DNA of 64,000 bases from assembly GCA_044338255.1 (NCBI GenBank), contig JBIILZ010000001.1, positions 15,769-79,768 on the forward strand. Reading direction: 5' to 3'. A program made the position numbers and the translations under genes. The notes below the pieces were generated by a model. It had not been told where the DNA came from. It saw only the letters and a list, made by a program, of their open reading frames with translations, and ran no database searches. How positions within the stretch are numbered: the stretch's first letter is position 1; each line of letters begins with the position of its first letter. Below, piece by piece: positions 40,529 to 50,015 of this stretch. The DNA comes from Planctomycetota bacterium (lineage in GTDB: Bacteria; Planctomycetota; UBA11346).

Positions 40529-42604
40529 ATGAGCATGGATGTGACGCTCACCATCACCGAAGGTCTGCACTGCGCCTCGTGCGTACGGCGCCTGCAGACG
40601 ACCTTGGCGCCTTTGCCTGGCGTGACGGCGGTGCGTGTCGACCTGACCGCGCGCCGCGCGGTGGTTTCGACGGCGAGCGGTGGGCCGTCGCCGGCAACAC
40701 TCATTGAGACCCTCAGCCGACACGGGTTCAGCGGCCAGCTGGCGACGACCGTCCTGCCCTCGTCGCGGACGGCGTGGATACGCGCCGGCGTGGCCGTGCT
40801 CCTCGCCGGCCTGACCTACGATCTGCCGTTGCTGCTGCCGCATGCCAGCGCGCACGCAGCGGCGACGGCGGCCGCCGCCCTGGCTCTGCTGTGGCCGGGG
40901 TGGATCCTCATTCGCAGTGCCGTTAGCGCCGCCCGTCAGCGCACGGCGTCGATGGACACCCTGATCGTGCTCGGCGGCGTGGCGGCCCTGCTCGTGGGTG
41001 AGGCCCATGCCACCGCCGTCACCGTCGCCCTGACCTTGATCGGGCGCGCCATCGAAGCCCGCGCCCGGCAGGCCACCGCCAGCGCCATCGAAGGTCTGGC
41101 GCTGCGCGTCCCCGAGCAGGTCCTACGTCTCAACGCCAGCGGTGCAGAAGAGCACGTCGCGCTGTCCGAGATCCACCTCGGCGATCGGCTGCGCGTGCAT
41201 GCCGGCACGCAGGTGCCGGTCGACGGCACCCTGATGGCCGGTGATCTCGCGGTCGATGAGGCCCTGCTCACCGGTGAGTCCCTGCCGGTGGCGAAGGTCG
41301 TTGGCGATGAGGTCGCTGGCGGCACGCGCGTGGTCGACGGGACGGCGATCATTGCCGCCACGCGCATCGGTGCCGACACCGCCGTTGCCCGACTCGCGTC
41401 CCTGGTGCATGCCGCCGCCATCGGCAAGCCGACGGTGCAACGCGTGGTCGATGCCATCGCGGCGGTGTTCGTGCCGTTGGTCATCGGTCTGGCCCTGGCG
41501 ACCTGGGCGGGGTGGTGGTGGCACAGCGGCTCGCCGCTGGCAGGAATCCTGGCGGCGGCGGCGGTGCTGGTCATCGCCTGTCCCTGCGCCCTGGGTCTGG
41601 CGACGCCGACGGCGCTGGTTGCCGCCAGTGGCGCTGCCGCCCGGCGCGGGATCTTCATCCTCACCCCGCGCGCGTTGGAGGCCGCCGCCCGCATCACCGC
41701 TGTGGCCTTCGACAAGACCGGCACCCTGACCACCGGCGCCTTCACCATCGAGCGCATCTATGGCGAAAATCAGTCGCGGGTCCTGGCGGTGGCGGCGGCG
41801 GTCGAGCAAGGCAGCGACCATCCGTTGGCGCTGGCCATCCGTTGCGCCCATCTCCAGCGCGCGATCGCGCCCTCGCGCGGGATCGTGCAGGAGGTTCGCC
41901 GCTACACCCAGCGTGCCGGGGCCGGGGCCACCGCCGAGATTGATGGCGGCGAGGCCACGGTCGGTTCTGCCGAGTGGCTGCGCGAACACGGCGTCGAACC
42001 GCTGACGACGCCCGATCCGGGCAGCAGCACGGTGGTCCACGTGGCCCAGGCGGGGGTCACCCTCGGTGCCATCATGCTTCGCGATGCCGATCGCGAAGAA
42101 GCTCCAGCGGCCATCGCCGAGCTCGCCAAGACCTGCCGCGTGCTCTTGATCAGCGGTGATCGCGCCGGCCCGGCGACCGCTGCCGGCACGCGCCTTGGCG
42201 TCGACGAAGTCGCCGCGCAATGCACGCCGGCAATAAAGCTCACGCATCTCCGCCGGCTGCAGGGCGAAGGTCTGCGCGTGGCCTTCGTCGGCGATGGCCT
42301 CAACGATGCGCCGGCCCTGGCGGCGGCGGACCTCGGCATCACCGTCGGACGCGCCAACGAGGTGGCGGCGGCGGCCGGCGATCTGCTCCTGCCCACCGGT
42401 GATCTCTCGGGAGTGCCGTGGGTCTTGCGCCTAGCCCGGCGCACGCGGCGGGTGGTGCTCGGCAATCTGCTGCTGGCCGCGGGCTACAACCTCGTGGCTC
42501 TGCCTTTCGCGGCCTTCGGCTACGTCGACCCCGCGCTGGCCGCCGGCGCCATGGTGCTGTCGTCGTTGGCGGTGGTCGGCAACAGCCTGCGCCTGACGCG
42601 CTGA
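40529..42604 (+). CDS. copA: copper-translocating P1B-type ATPase
   Basis: N-terminal HMA (GLHCASCVRRL), CPC transmembrane metal site (CPCALGLATP), DKTGTLT phosphorylation site, GDGLNDAPAL hinge. Confidence 0.88.
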   Translation: MSMDVTLTITEGLHCASCVRRLQTTLAPLPGVTAVRVDLTARRAVVSTASGGPSPATLIETLSRHGFSGQLATTVLPSSRTAWIRAGVAVLLAGLTYDLPLLLPHASAHAAATAAAALALLWPGWILIRSAVSAARQRTASMDTLIVLGGVAALLVGEAHATAVTVALTLIGRAIEARARQATASAIEGLALRVPEQVLRLNASGAEEHVALSEIHLGDRLRVHAGTQVPVDGTLMAGDLAVDEALLTGESLPVAKVVGDEVAGGTRVVDGTAIIAATRIGADTAVARLASLVHAAAIGKPTVQRVVDAIAAVFVPLVIGLALATWAGWWWHSGSPLAGILAAAAVLVIACPCALGLATPTALVAASGAAARRGIFILTPRALEAAARITAVAFDKTGTLTTGAFTIERIYGENQSRVLAVAAAVEQGSDHPLALAIRCAHLQRAIAPSRGIVQEVRRYTQRAGAGATAEIDGGEATVGSAEWLREHGVEPLTTPDPGSSTVVHVAQAGVTLGAIMLRDADREEAPAAIAELAKTCRVLLISGDRAGPATAAGTRLGVDEVAAQCTPAIKLTHLRRLQGEGLRVAFVGDGLNDAPALAAADLGITVGRANEVAAAAGDLLLPTGDLSGVPWVLRLARRTRRVVLGNLLLAAGYNLVALPFAAFGYVDPALAAGAMVLSSLAVVGNSLRLTR

Positions 42605-42616
42605 ATCCGTGGGTTT

Positions 42617-42663
42617 AGGCGCCCAGGTTCAGGCGCCCAGGTTCAGGCGCCCAGGTTCAGGAA
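42617..42663. repeat. 14-nt tandem repeat x3.4 (AGGCGCCCAGGTTC) between convergent copA and a hypothetical gene
   Basis: Read directly. Confidence 0.8.
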
Positions 42664-42670
42664 CACTGGT

Positions 42671-43213
42671 TTACGGCGTGAAGCGAACCTCGGGCGCGCC
42701 CAGGCCGCGCAGCCAGGCACCGATCACGGCTTCGCCGCGGACGCGCGCCTTGGCATCCAGGCCCAGGCGCAGGGTCTCATCGGCGGCTTCCTTGAAGGCC
42801 AGCAATTCCGCGAGTTGCGCCATGCTGATTGATTCATCGGCGGTCTTGAGCACGCCATGCGTCTCCCAGATGTTCCAGCGCTGGGGATCGGAACTCTTGT
42901 GCAGGATGCGCACCGGCGGCAGGGTCACGACGGCATTGGCGCCTTCGCGGCGGACCTGCGCCTGACTGAGGTCGAGACCGAGGATGACGCGCACCGGAAT
43001 CACCGCCTTGAGGTAGCGGGCGGGGTCCATCGTCGTCACCAGTTGATAACTGCTGATCTCCGTGGCGAGCAGACGCAGCTGCCCCAATTCACGGATATCG
43101 GCGAGCTCCCAGGTGACGGCGGCGGCCGAGGTCACCGGCGCCGATGGCGGCCACGCATACCACACGCCCCCGGCCAGACCGGTGAAAAACAACAGTGAGA
43201 TGAACCACTTCAT
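42671..43213 (-). CDS. membrane-anchored hypothetical protein
   Basis: N-terminal TM/signal (MKWFISLLFFTGLAGGVWYA); 180 aa; last gene of a 4-gene minus-strand operon with overlapping junctions. Confidence 0.55.
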   Translation of the reverse strand: MKWFISLLFFTGLAGGVWYAWPPSAPVTSAAAVTWELADIRELGQLRLLATEISSYQLVTTMDPARYLKAVIPVRVILGLDLSQAQVRREGANAVVTLPPVRILHKSSDPQRWNIWETHGVLKTADESISMAQLAELLAFKEAADETLRLGLDAKARVRGEAVIGAWLRGLGAPEVRFTP

Positions 43214-43914
43214 CCCTTGCCTCCGGGCACTGGTGGCGCTGGTGGCATCGGTTGCGCGGGGAGCTCGACCTCGGTCTCGTCATCGAAGTCGACGGTCACC
43301 GAGAGCGTGGGATAGCCGAGCATCGCCGGCAGGACGCGTTTGAGTGCCAGGCGCGTGGTGTCGCGGATCTCGCGATCGATGCCGAGCTCGCGGATGCGGA
43401 CCGGCGCTTCGGCGAGCGCATGGACGCGGGCGGCCTGCACCGCTGAGAGCTGTCCGGGACCGGTGTCGCTGATCCAGCGCGTCGTACGGGTGTCGAGGAT
43501 CTCTGCCGGTGCGACCGAGAAGCCCGGCGCCAGCAGATGCGGCGGTGGCAGCTTGATGCGGATCCGTTGGGCGGTGACGCGCACGCGGTCTGGGCCGATC
43601 GCCGCCAGATCGAAGCCGTAATCGCCGGTGACCAGCAGACGGCAAAGGATCTCGTCGGTATTGGTGATGATCAGGCCATCGCTACGGGCCGCCCCGCGCT
43701 GGATGGTACGCAGCACGACCTGGGTGGTGGCGAGGTCCTGGACCTCGCGCAGGCGGCTGGCGACGGCCGGTGCGCCCGGCAGCGGCGGACTCATCACCGC
43801 CCGTAGCAGGCGGGCCCCGATGATACCGCCGGCGATCACCACCGCGATCAGCGCCGCGCCGATTAGTGCCGGACGGGCCGCGCGACGTAGGACCAAGAGC
43901 AGTAGCGGAGGCAT
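43210..43914 (-). CDS. membrane-anchored hypothetical protein (distant paralog of the downstream gene?)
   Basis: N-terminal TM (ALIGAALIAVVIAGGIIGA); 234 aa; 4-nt overlaps on both sides. Confidence 0.55.
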   Translation of the reverse strand: MPPLLLLVLRRAARPALIGAALIAVVIAGGIIGARLLRAVMSPPLPGAPAVASRLREVQDLATTQVVLRTIQRGAARSDGLIITNTDEILCRLLVTGDYGFDLAAIGPDRVRVTAQRIRIKLPPPHLLAPGFSVAPAEILDTRTTRWISDTGPGQLSAVQAARVHALAEAPVRIRELGIDREIRDTTRLALKRVLPAMLGYPTLSVTVDFDDETEVELPAQPMPPAPPVPGGKG

Positions 43915-43917
43915 CGG

Positions 43918-44715
43918 CTAGACCGTGGCCAAGGCGTGGGCGATGGTCGCACGCAGGCCATCCTCGCGTCGCAGGTAGGCCATCGCCAGATTGCGGGCCA
44001 TGCGTTTGAGCAGGGCGCGATCGCTGGCGGCGGCGAGGTAGGCCTCGGCACCGGCCTCACCGGCGAGCTGCGCGCGCAGATCGAGATCACGGCGGGTGAG
44101 CACGGCTCCGCCGGCAAACAGGTCGACGTAGCGGGCTTCACCTTCGGCGCTCAGCCAGCGGCCGAGGACGTGGCCGGGTAGGGCGATCGCCGCGCACGGC
44201 AGGTCGAGGCGGCGGCACACCAGCTGCCAGAGGGCGGTGAGCACGATCGGCAGTCCGATGCGGCGTTCGAGGACGTCCGGCAGGAACGAATTGTGCGGAT
44301 CATCGAAGGCCTCGCGATTGCCGGAGAATCCGCATTCAGCGCAGAGGAAGCGGGCGACGGTGTGGGCATTGGCAGGAGCCCCGGCAGTGATGCGCGCCGC
44401 CACCTGCGCCGCCAGCGCGTCGAGCTGCGGTGCTCCCAGCAGGCGATGATCGATGCGCGGATAGGCAAGGCGGGCGAGCAGCCACATGCCGATCTCGAGG
44501 TCCTCGGCGACGGCATAGGCATCGACGAGGGCCTCGGCATCGGCACGCAGGACGATGGTCGTCAGCTGCGTCGGAATCTGGCCGTGCGCTGCCGCCGCCA
44601 GCCAGGTCCGGTCGAGGAGATGCGGTTCGCTTTCCAGGCGTTGTACGAGGGCGGCGCTAACGGCGGGATCGGGATCATCGAGCAGCGACACCAGGGCGCT
44701 CAGTTCACTGTTCAC
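43918..44715 (-). CDS. transglutaminase-like domain protein (SirB1/YchA-like)
   Basis: DDPHNSFLPDVLERRIGLPIVLTALWQLVCRRLDLP...ALPGHVL matches the SirB1 transglutaminase-like core; 265 aa. Confidence 0.65.
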   Translation of the reverse strand: MNSELSALVSLLDDPDPAVSAALVQRLESEPHLLDRTWLAAAAHGQIPTQLTTIVLRADAEALVDAYAVAEDLEIGMWLLARLAYPRIDHRLLGAPQLDALAAQVAARITAGAPANAHTVARFLCAECGFSGNREAFDDPHNSFLPDVLERRIGLPIVLTALWQLVCRRLDLPCAAIALPGHVLGRWLSAEGEARYVDLFAGGAVLTRRDLDLRAQLAGEAGAEAYLAAASDRALLKRMARNLAMAYLRREDGLRATIAHALATV

Positions 44716-46313
44716 TGATGCTCCTCGGGCGCGTTCTCGTCGTCCTCCTCCTCGTCCTCTTCGTCGTCGTCCACATTGTCACTGTAGGCATCGCCCTCGT
44801 GATCATCCCAGACGGCGTTGGCCATTGCCGCTAGGGCGTACAGCGAGCGGCTGTCGATCAGCGGCGGTGGCCCCATCAGCGCCGCCGCTACCGTCGGGGC
44901 TTCTGCCCAGCGATTGATCGCCGACTGCACGTCCTCGGCGAGGGCCTCGATGTCGGCCAATTCATCGGCCTGATGCAGCGGTCCGAGGAAAGGCAGGGTC
45001 AGCAGCACCGCCCGCACCGCATCCTCGGTGAAGTGCTCATTGCCGCTGAGGCGCAGGGCCACCGCCAGTTCCCCGCGCAGCCGGCTGACCAGGGCGGTGA
45101 ACGCCGCCGCCGCCGTGGGATCGTCGCAGAAGCACAGGCGCACGATCTCGCGCTCGACGTCGCCGTCGCGACCGGCGGTGGAAAAGGCCACGCGCAGGTG
45201 CGGCAGGAGGAACGCCGCGAGGAAGCCGCGCTGCTCGGTGCGGATGCGTCCGCGCGCGACCACATGCAGGTAGCGCTCGACGAGTTCCTCATCCTTGCCG
45301 CCGGCGCTGTGGTATTTGCGCAGGCATTCCTCGGCGAGCTGGCTGCGATCGCGGCGTAGGCGGCAGAACAGCAGGCGCCGCCAGGCATCGGGATCCTGCG
45401 GGCGGGTACTGGCGTAACGGGTGAAGGCGTTCTCGGCCCCGGTCAGATCATCGAGGGCTTCGCAGGCCTGGCCGAGATCGAACCACGCGATCGGCGAAAC
45501 GTCGGTCGAGCCGGCCGAGGCCGAGAGCAGGGCGCGGGCGGCCCGCAACAGGCCTAGGCGCAGGGCGAGTCTGCCGAGCTGGGCGCAGATGAAGGGATGG
45601 CCGGCATCATTGCGGCGTTCGGCCAAGGTTGCCCACGGCACCTCGTCATGGGCGTTGAGGCTCGGCCAGCGCGTGCGCGCCAGCTGCAGGGCGCTGGCGG
45701 GATCCTCGGAATGGTGTTCGAGGCGATCGGCAACCTGCGCCGCCACCAGCAGGGCGGTGCGGCCGAAGCGCTCGACGAGGTGCGCCAAGCCGCGCTCGCC
45801 ACCCCAGTGCGCGTGGCCGTTGAGCACTAGGCCCTCAAGGAACCATTGATCGAGCTCCTCGCTGGTGGTGACCTCGGGCGATTCCTCGACCTCGACTTCG
45901 ACGGTCTCGATTTCGCCCGGGCCGGGGCCGACCAGCCACGTCTCGATGGTGCCGGTGGCGCGATCGAATTCCAAATAGCAGTCGCGGCGCACGGTCGGCA
46001 ACCACGCCCACAGCGCCATCACCCTGGTGTTGAGGATCGGATCGAGTTCGCGCGCCTGTTCGGGCTGGAGGTGCAGGCGGGCCCGGGCGAGGTTGACGAA
46101 ATCGCGGAGCGTCGCAGGAAAATGTCCGAAGATCACCACCAGACCGCCGACGCGCACTCGCCGGCCCTGTTCATCGTGTTCAATTTCGAGGCCGGCGGCG
46201 ACCAGCGGTGGCGGTCGCAACTGGCCGAGTCCGATGCGACCCGGGCCGGCAGCGCGCAGGTTGGCGCGCTGCCGATGCCACTCGTGATCCAGCGTGAGCA
46301 GGGGGTTCGACAT
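44712..46313 (-). CDS. hypothetical protein with TPR-like segment and poly-acidic C-terminal tail
   Basis: 533 aa from MSNPLLTL; TPR-like WFDLGQACEALDDLTGAENAFTRYASTRPQD; C-terminus DDDEEDEEEDDENAPEEHQ. Confidence 0.55.
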   Translation of the reverse strand: MSNPLLTLDHEWHRQRANLRAAGPGRIGLGQLRPPPLVAAGLEIEHDEQGRRVRVGGLVVIFGHFPATLRDFVNLARARLHLQPEQARELDPILNTRVMALWAWLPTVRRDCYLEFDRATGTIETWLVGPGPGEIETVEVEVEESPEVTTSEELDQWFLEGLVLNGHAHWGGERGLAHLVERFGRTALLVAAQVADRLEHHSEDPASALQLARTRWPSLNAHDEVPWATLAERRNDAGHPFICAQLGRLALRLGLLRAARALLSASAGSTDVSPIAWFDLGQACEALDDLTGAENAFTRYASTRPQDPDAWRRLLFCRLRRDRSQLAEECLRKYHSAGGKDEELVERYLHVVARGRIRTEQRGFLAAFLLPHLRVAFSTAGRDGDVEREIVRLCFCDDPTAAAAFTALVSRLRGELAVALRLSGNEHFTEDAVRAVLLTLPFLGPLHQADELADIEALAEDVQSAINRWAEAPTVAAALMGPPPLIDSRSLYALAAMANAVWDDHEGDAYSDNVDDDEEDEEEDDENAPEEHQ

Positions 46314-46483
46314 GTCGGAGAGTGACCTCGTCCTGACTCTATCACCGCCCTTCGCCGTCTCCAAGCGCGTTTGCGCCGGTGCATCGGGGTGGCCTTTTGC
46401 TGATTCCTACGGTAGACTTCACGTGCATGGCTTCTCCGCATCACCGTTTGCCAGCGAACGGCCCTGGGCGTGACTTGGGGCTG

Positions 46484-48190
46484 ATGCGCTTGGTGCTTTT
46501 CACCTTCAGCCTCGGCCTAGTGCTGGGTGGCTGGTCTGCGCTGAGCGCGGCCGAGGAGATCCTCGCCTGCTCGCCGGCGGTCTGGGGTTTACCCGATAGC
46601 CCGGAAGGTTTTATCGGCGGCTCGGCGGTGGTGGTCGCCGGTGGATATGCGCTGACTCTTCAGGAAGCCTTTGTCAAACCGGTGGCGGTGGGCGAGCAGC
46701 TGACCTTGGTGATGGGCGATGGCCGTCGTGGGCTGGCCACCGTCAAGGCCGTCGATGAGCCGAGCACGGGCGTGCTCCTCGCCTGCGACACCAGTGGCGT
46801 CACGCCCATGGCCTTGGCCGATGTCAGCCAGATGACCATCGGCAGCACGGTGTGGACGCTTGGCAATAGTAGCGGGGCCGTGGTAGATGATGGTGTCGCG
46901 GCCCTGAGCCGCGGGGTCTTGAGCGGTCGTTATGTCCTGCCTGCGGATGGTCTGCCGATGCGCGGTCGCGGCGGTCGCATCCTCTCGTTGCTGCAGGGTC
47001 CGGTGTGCGAGATCGATGCCGCCGTCAACGATGGCGACCAGGGGGCGGCGGTGGTCGACGCTGCCGGTCACCTGCTCGGTCTGGCCAGCCTCGCCAGCGC
47101 CCGCGAGCGCCGCCTGGGGACGATGGTCCCGTTGCTGCGGCTCCTGCCCCTGTTGAGTACCGCCCATGCGGCTTTGCCGCTGCTGCTGCCAGGTGTATCC
47201 GATGCCAATATCGTGGCCGATCCGCCCGGCCTGGTCGTGCTCAGCTTCGATCGCTTCCAGGGCCTGGGCAATCCCGAGGCGGTGCCCCGCCCGCCGAAGA
47301 CTCGCGAGCAGGTGCCGGTGTACGAGCGCGAACGCCTCGACCGTTGGTGGGATCGCTATTATCATGATCAGCAGATCCTGTGGACCGACAGCCCGGCTCC
47401 GGGCGTGGTCCTCGATCCCGCGCGCGGCACGCTGCTGACGGCGGCGGCGAATCTCCACGGTGGCGCCACCAGCGGCCGGGTGCTGTTGCCAGGCGGCGCG
47501 AGCATTCCCTTCAGCGTACTGGCCGTGGATGTGAGCCTGGATCTGGCGGTGCTGATCGCGAGCGCGCCGCTGCCCTTGCCGGCTGCCACCATCGCCACCA
47601 GCAGCCCAGTGGGGGGCGAACCGGTGTCGGTCGTCGCCCAGCATCGCCTGGACGCGCCGCCGACGCGCACCGTCGGTCACGTCAGTTGCCGTCAACGGCG
47701 CCTGCAGCAGTCGGGCAGCGGTCTGCTGCAGATCGATGCTCGGACCAACTACGCCAGCCTCGGCGGAGCGGTGCTCGACCCGCAGGGCAGGATCGTGGGC
47801 CTGGTGGTCATGTCCGGCCCCGAGGCGCCGTGGCTGATCAACAGCGGTGTGACCCTGGCGGTGGATGGCGCGACGATCAATGCCGCACTTCCCAGTCTGC
47901 TCGCCGGCAAAACCCGAGAGCGCTTGCCGACCCTCGGACTGGGCGTGGTCCTGGCCCTGGATGAGGACCTGCTGGTGGTGCGTCGGGTGACGCCCGGCAC
48001 CGGCGCGGCGCAGGCCGGCATCCGCGTTGGCGATGTCGTGATCGCCGTCGAAGGCCGGCCGGTGAGCAGCGCCGCAGCGGTGTCGCGGGTGCTGCTGCAG
48101 CATCGCGCCCTGGAGATCGTGAACGTCCAGATCCGTCGCCATGGCAAGCTCCATGCACTGCCGGTGACCTTGCAGGAATTCGGCGGATGA
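46484..48190 (+). CDS. secreted protein with two degenerate trypsin/HtrA-like domains and a PDZ domain (probable pseudo-protease)
   Basis: Signal MRLVLFTFSLGLVLGGWSALSAAEE. Domain 1 has Glu/Ala where the catalytic His should be (ALTLQEAFV) and GNSSG. Domain 2 keeps His/Asp but has ASLGG in place of GNSGG (Ser to Leu). C-terminal PDZ (GIRVGDVVIAVEGRPVSS). Alignment was by eye. Confidence 0.65.
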   Translation: MRLVLFTFSLGLVLGGWSALSAAEEILACSPAVWGLPDSPEGFIGGSAVVVAGGYALTLQEAFVKPVAVGEQLTLVMGDGRRGLATVKAVDEPSTGVLLACDTSGVTPMALADVSQMTIGSTVWTLGNSSGAVVDDGVAALSRGVLSGRYVLPADGLPMRGRGGRILSLLQGPVCEIDAAVNDGDQGAAVVDAAGHLLGLASLASARERRLGTMVPLLRLLPLLSTAHAALPLLLPGVSDANIVADPPGLVVLSFDRFQGLGNPEAVPRPPKTREQVPVYERERLDRWWDRYYHDQQILWTDSPAPGVVLDPARGTLLTAAANLHGGATSGRVLLPGGASIPFSVLAVDVSLDLAVLIASAPLPLPAATIATSSPVGGEPVSVVAQHRLDAPPTRTVGHVSCRQRRLQQSGSGLLQIDARTNYASLGGAVLDPQGRIVGLVVMSGPEAPWLINSGVTLAVDGATINAALPSLLAGKTRERLPTLGLGVVLALDEDLLVVRRVTPGTGAAQAGIRVGDVVIAVEGRPVSSAAAVSRVLLQHRALEIVNVQIRRHGKLHALPVTLQEFGG

Positions 48191-49437
48191 TCCGCCTGAC
48201 GATCATCATCGCGTGTGTGCTGGCCGGGTGGCTGAGGCTCGCAGCCGCTGACGCCGCTGACGCCGACCAGCGCTTCCTGGCGCCGTACGTTTTCATCGCC
48301 AGCGGTTCGGGAGTGATCGTTTCCAGCGATGGCGACATCCTCACCAATTTCCACGTGGTCGCCGAGGTCTGTTCACCGCTGGCACCGCAACTCACGGTGC
48401 GCTTACCGGGAGTCGGCGAGGTCGCGGCGCTGCTCGTGGCCGCGGACCCCGTCGGTGATATCGCCCTCATCCATCTCAGCGGAGCGCATCCGCCGCTGAC
48501 GGCGGCGGCGCTGGTCGAGCGCATCCCGCCGCCCGGCACGCCGGTGGTCGCGGTCGGCAACCCCTTCGCCTTGGGCGATCTCGATGATCGCCCCTCGGTG
48601 AGCCGGGGCGTCTTGGGAACCGGACGGGTGGTGCGCGGGGCCTATGCCGATTGCCTGCAGCATGACGCGCCGGTGAATCCCGGAAATTCCGGGGGCCCGT
48701 TGTTCGACCTCGAGGGCCGCCTGCTGGGCATCAACGGTGCGATCCGCTCGCGCTCGGGATTCCGCATCAACAGTGGCATCGGTCTGGCGCTTTCGGCGTC
48801 GCATCTCGCGGAGCTGCTCCCGGCCTTGCGTGCGGCCGGGGCCGAGCACGGCGGTTGGTTGGTGCGCAGCATGGCCCCGCCGGAACTGGTCATCGAGCAG
48901 CGTGCAGAAGGTGTCGCCGTTGTCAGCGGTCCGGCGCCCGTCAGCGGTCCGGCACCCGTCAGCGGTCCGGCGCCCGTCAGCGGTCCGGCGCGCTTGCTGC
49001 CCGGGGACCTCATCCTCGCCGTCGCCGAGCGTCGTAGTCCGGCGGTCGAGACCGTGCTGGGATTGTTCCGCGGTGCGCCGTGGACGGTCGGGCACACCTT
49101 GCCGGTGCGCGTCAGCCGTCAGGGCCGGATGCTGACCGTGGCCGTCGCCACCAGCCGGGCGCCGATTCCCGGTCAGCCCTGGCACGGCCTGGCGGTCAGC
49201 GAACGGCACCAGCAGCTGGTGCTCGACCCCGTCGAAAGCCTCAGTCCGTTGGGGCGCGCCGGCGGTTTGAGCGGCGACGTGCTGTTGTCGGTCAACGGCG
49301 CGGTGATCGGCAACCGCCTGGATCTCTTGCGCGCCACGGCGGCCCTGGCCATTGGCGAGCCGGTGGATGTGGTCGTACGCAATCCTCTCGGGGAGGAGCG
49401 TCGTCTGCACTTTTTCGTCGCGCAAAGTCCGCCGTGA
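48187..49437 (+). CDS. HtrA/DegP-family serine protease with PDZ domains
   Basis: Triad contexts ILTNFHVV, DIALIHL, NPGNSGGPLFD; (SGPAPV)x4 linker from an 18-nt tandem repeat; 4-nt overlap with the upstream gene. Confidence 0.85.
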   Translation: MIRLTIIIACVLAGWLRLAAADAADADQRFLAPYVFIASGSGVIVSSDGDILTNFHVVAEVCSPLAPQLTVRLPGVGEVAALLVAADPVGDIALIHLSGAHPPLTAAALVERIPPPGTPVVAVGNPFALGDLDDRPSVSRGVLGTGRVVRGAYADCLQHDAPVNPGNSGGPLFDLEGRLLGINGAIRSRSGFRINSGIGLALSASHLAELLPALRAAGAEHGGWLVRSMAPPELVIEQRAEGVAVVSGPAPVSGPAPVSGPAPVSGPARLLPGDLILAVAERRSPAVETVLGLFRGAPWTVGHTLPVRVSRQGRMLTVAVATSRAPIPGQPWHGLAVSERHQQLVLDPVESLSPLGRAGGLSGDVLLSVNGAVIGNRLDLLRATAALAIGEPVDVVVRNPLGEERRLHFFVAQSPP

Positions 49438-50003
49438 TCACCCTCGCCCTCCTCGCCGGTGGCCGCTCGACGCGCATGGGCCGTGATAAGCTCCTCTTGC
49501 CGCTCGCTGGGTGCACCTTGTTGCAGCATCTCGTCGAAGTCGGCCTGGCTGCCGGTCTGCCGGTGATCGTCTGCGGTCGGCCGGCTCCGGCGGAGTGGTC
49601 CTTGCCGGCGGTACGCTTCCTCGGCGATGCTCAACCCGATGAAGGTCCCCTGCGCGGTCTCGAAGCCGCCCTCGCGGTGGCCGACGAGGTGCTGCTGCTG
49701 GCCGGCGATCTGCCCTGGGTGACGGCGGCGGATCTGCTCTGGCTGTGTCGTCAGGGGGCTGCCGAACATGGGGTGGCGACCACCATCGCCGGGCAGCTGC
49801 AGCCCTTGTTCAGCCGCTATACAGCTGCCTGTCGGCCATTGCTCGCGGCCGAGCTGGCGGCCGGACGGCGTTCGCCGCGGGCCGTGCTGGGCGCTGGGAA
49901 ATTCACGCAGGTTGAGGTGCCGGCGGCAATTGCGACCAGATTGCTGGATGTCGACACGCCTGCCGACATTCCCGACGATTGGCAACGGCTGATTGGTCCC
50001 TAG
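49434..50003 (+). CDS. mobA: molybdenum cofactor guanylyltransferase
   Basis: LAGGRSTRMGRDKLLLPL and GPLRGLEAAL...LLLAGDLPWV; 189 aa; GTG start overlapping the HtrA stop (GTGA). Confidence 0.75.
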   Translation: MITLALLAGGRSTRMGRDKLLLPLAGCTLLQHLVEVGLAAGLPVIVCGRPAPAEWSLPAVRFLGDAQPDEGPLRGLEAALAVADEVLLLAGDLPWVTAADLLWLCRQGAAEHGVATTIAGQLQPLFSRYTAACRPLLAAELAAGRRSPRAVLGAGKFTQVEVPAAIATRLLDVDTPADIPDDWQRLIGP

Positions 50004-50015
50004 TTTGAACTGATA

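Noticed and set aside
41123-42247. 374-aa minus-strand ORF and several others within copA
   Set aside because: Antisense or alternative-frame artefacts inside a clearly intact P-type ATPase gene.
46589-48154. 521-aa minus-strand ORF
   Set aside because: Antisense to the pseudo-protease/PDZ gene.
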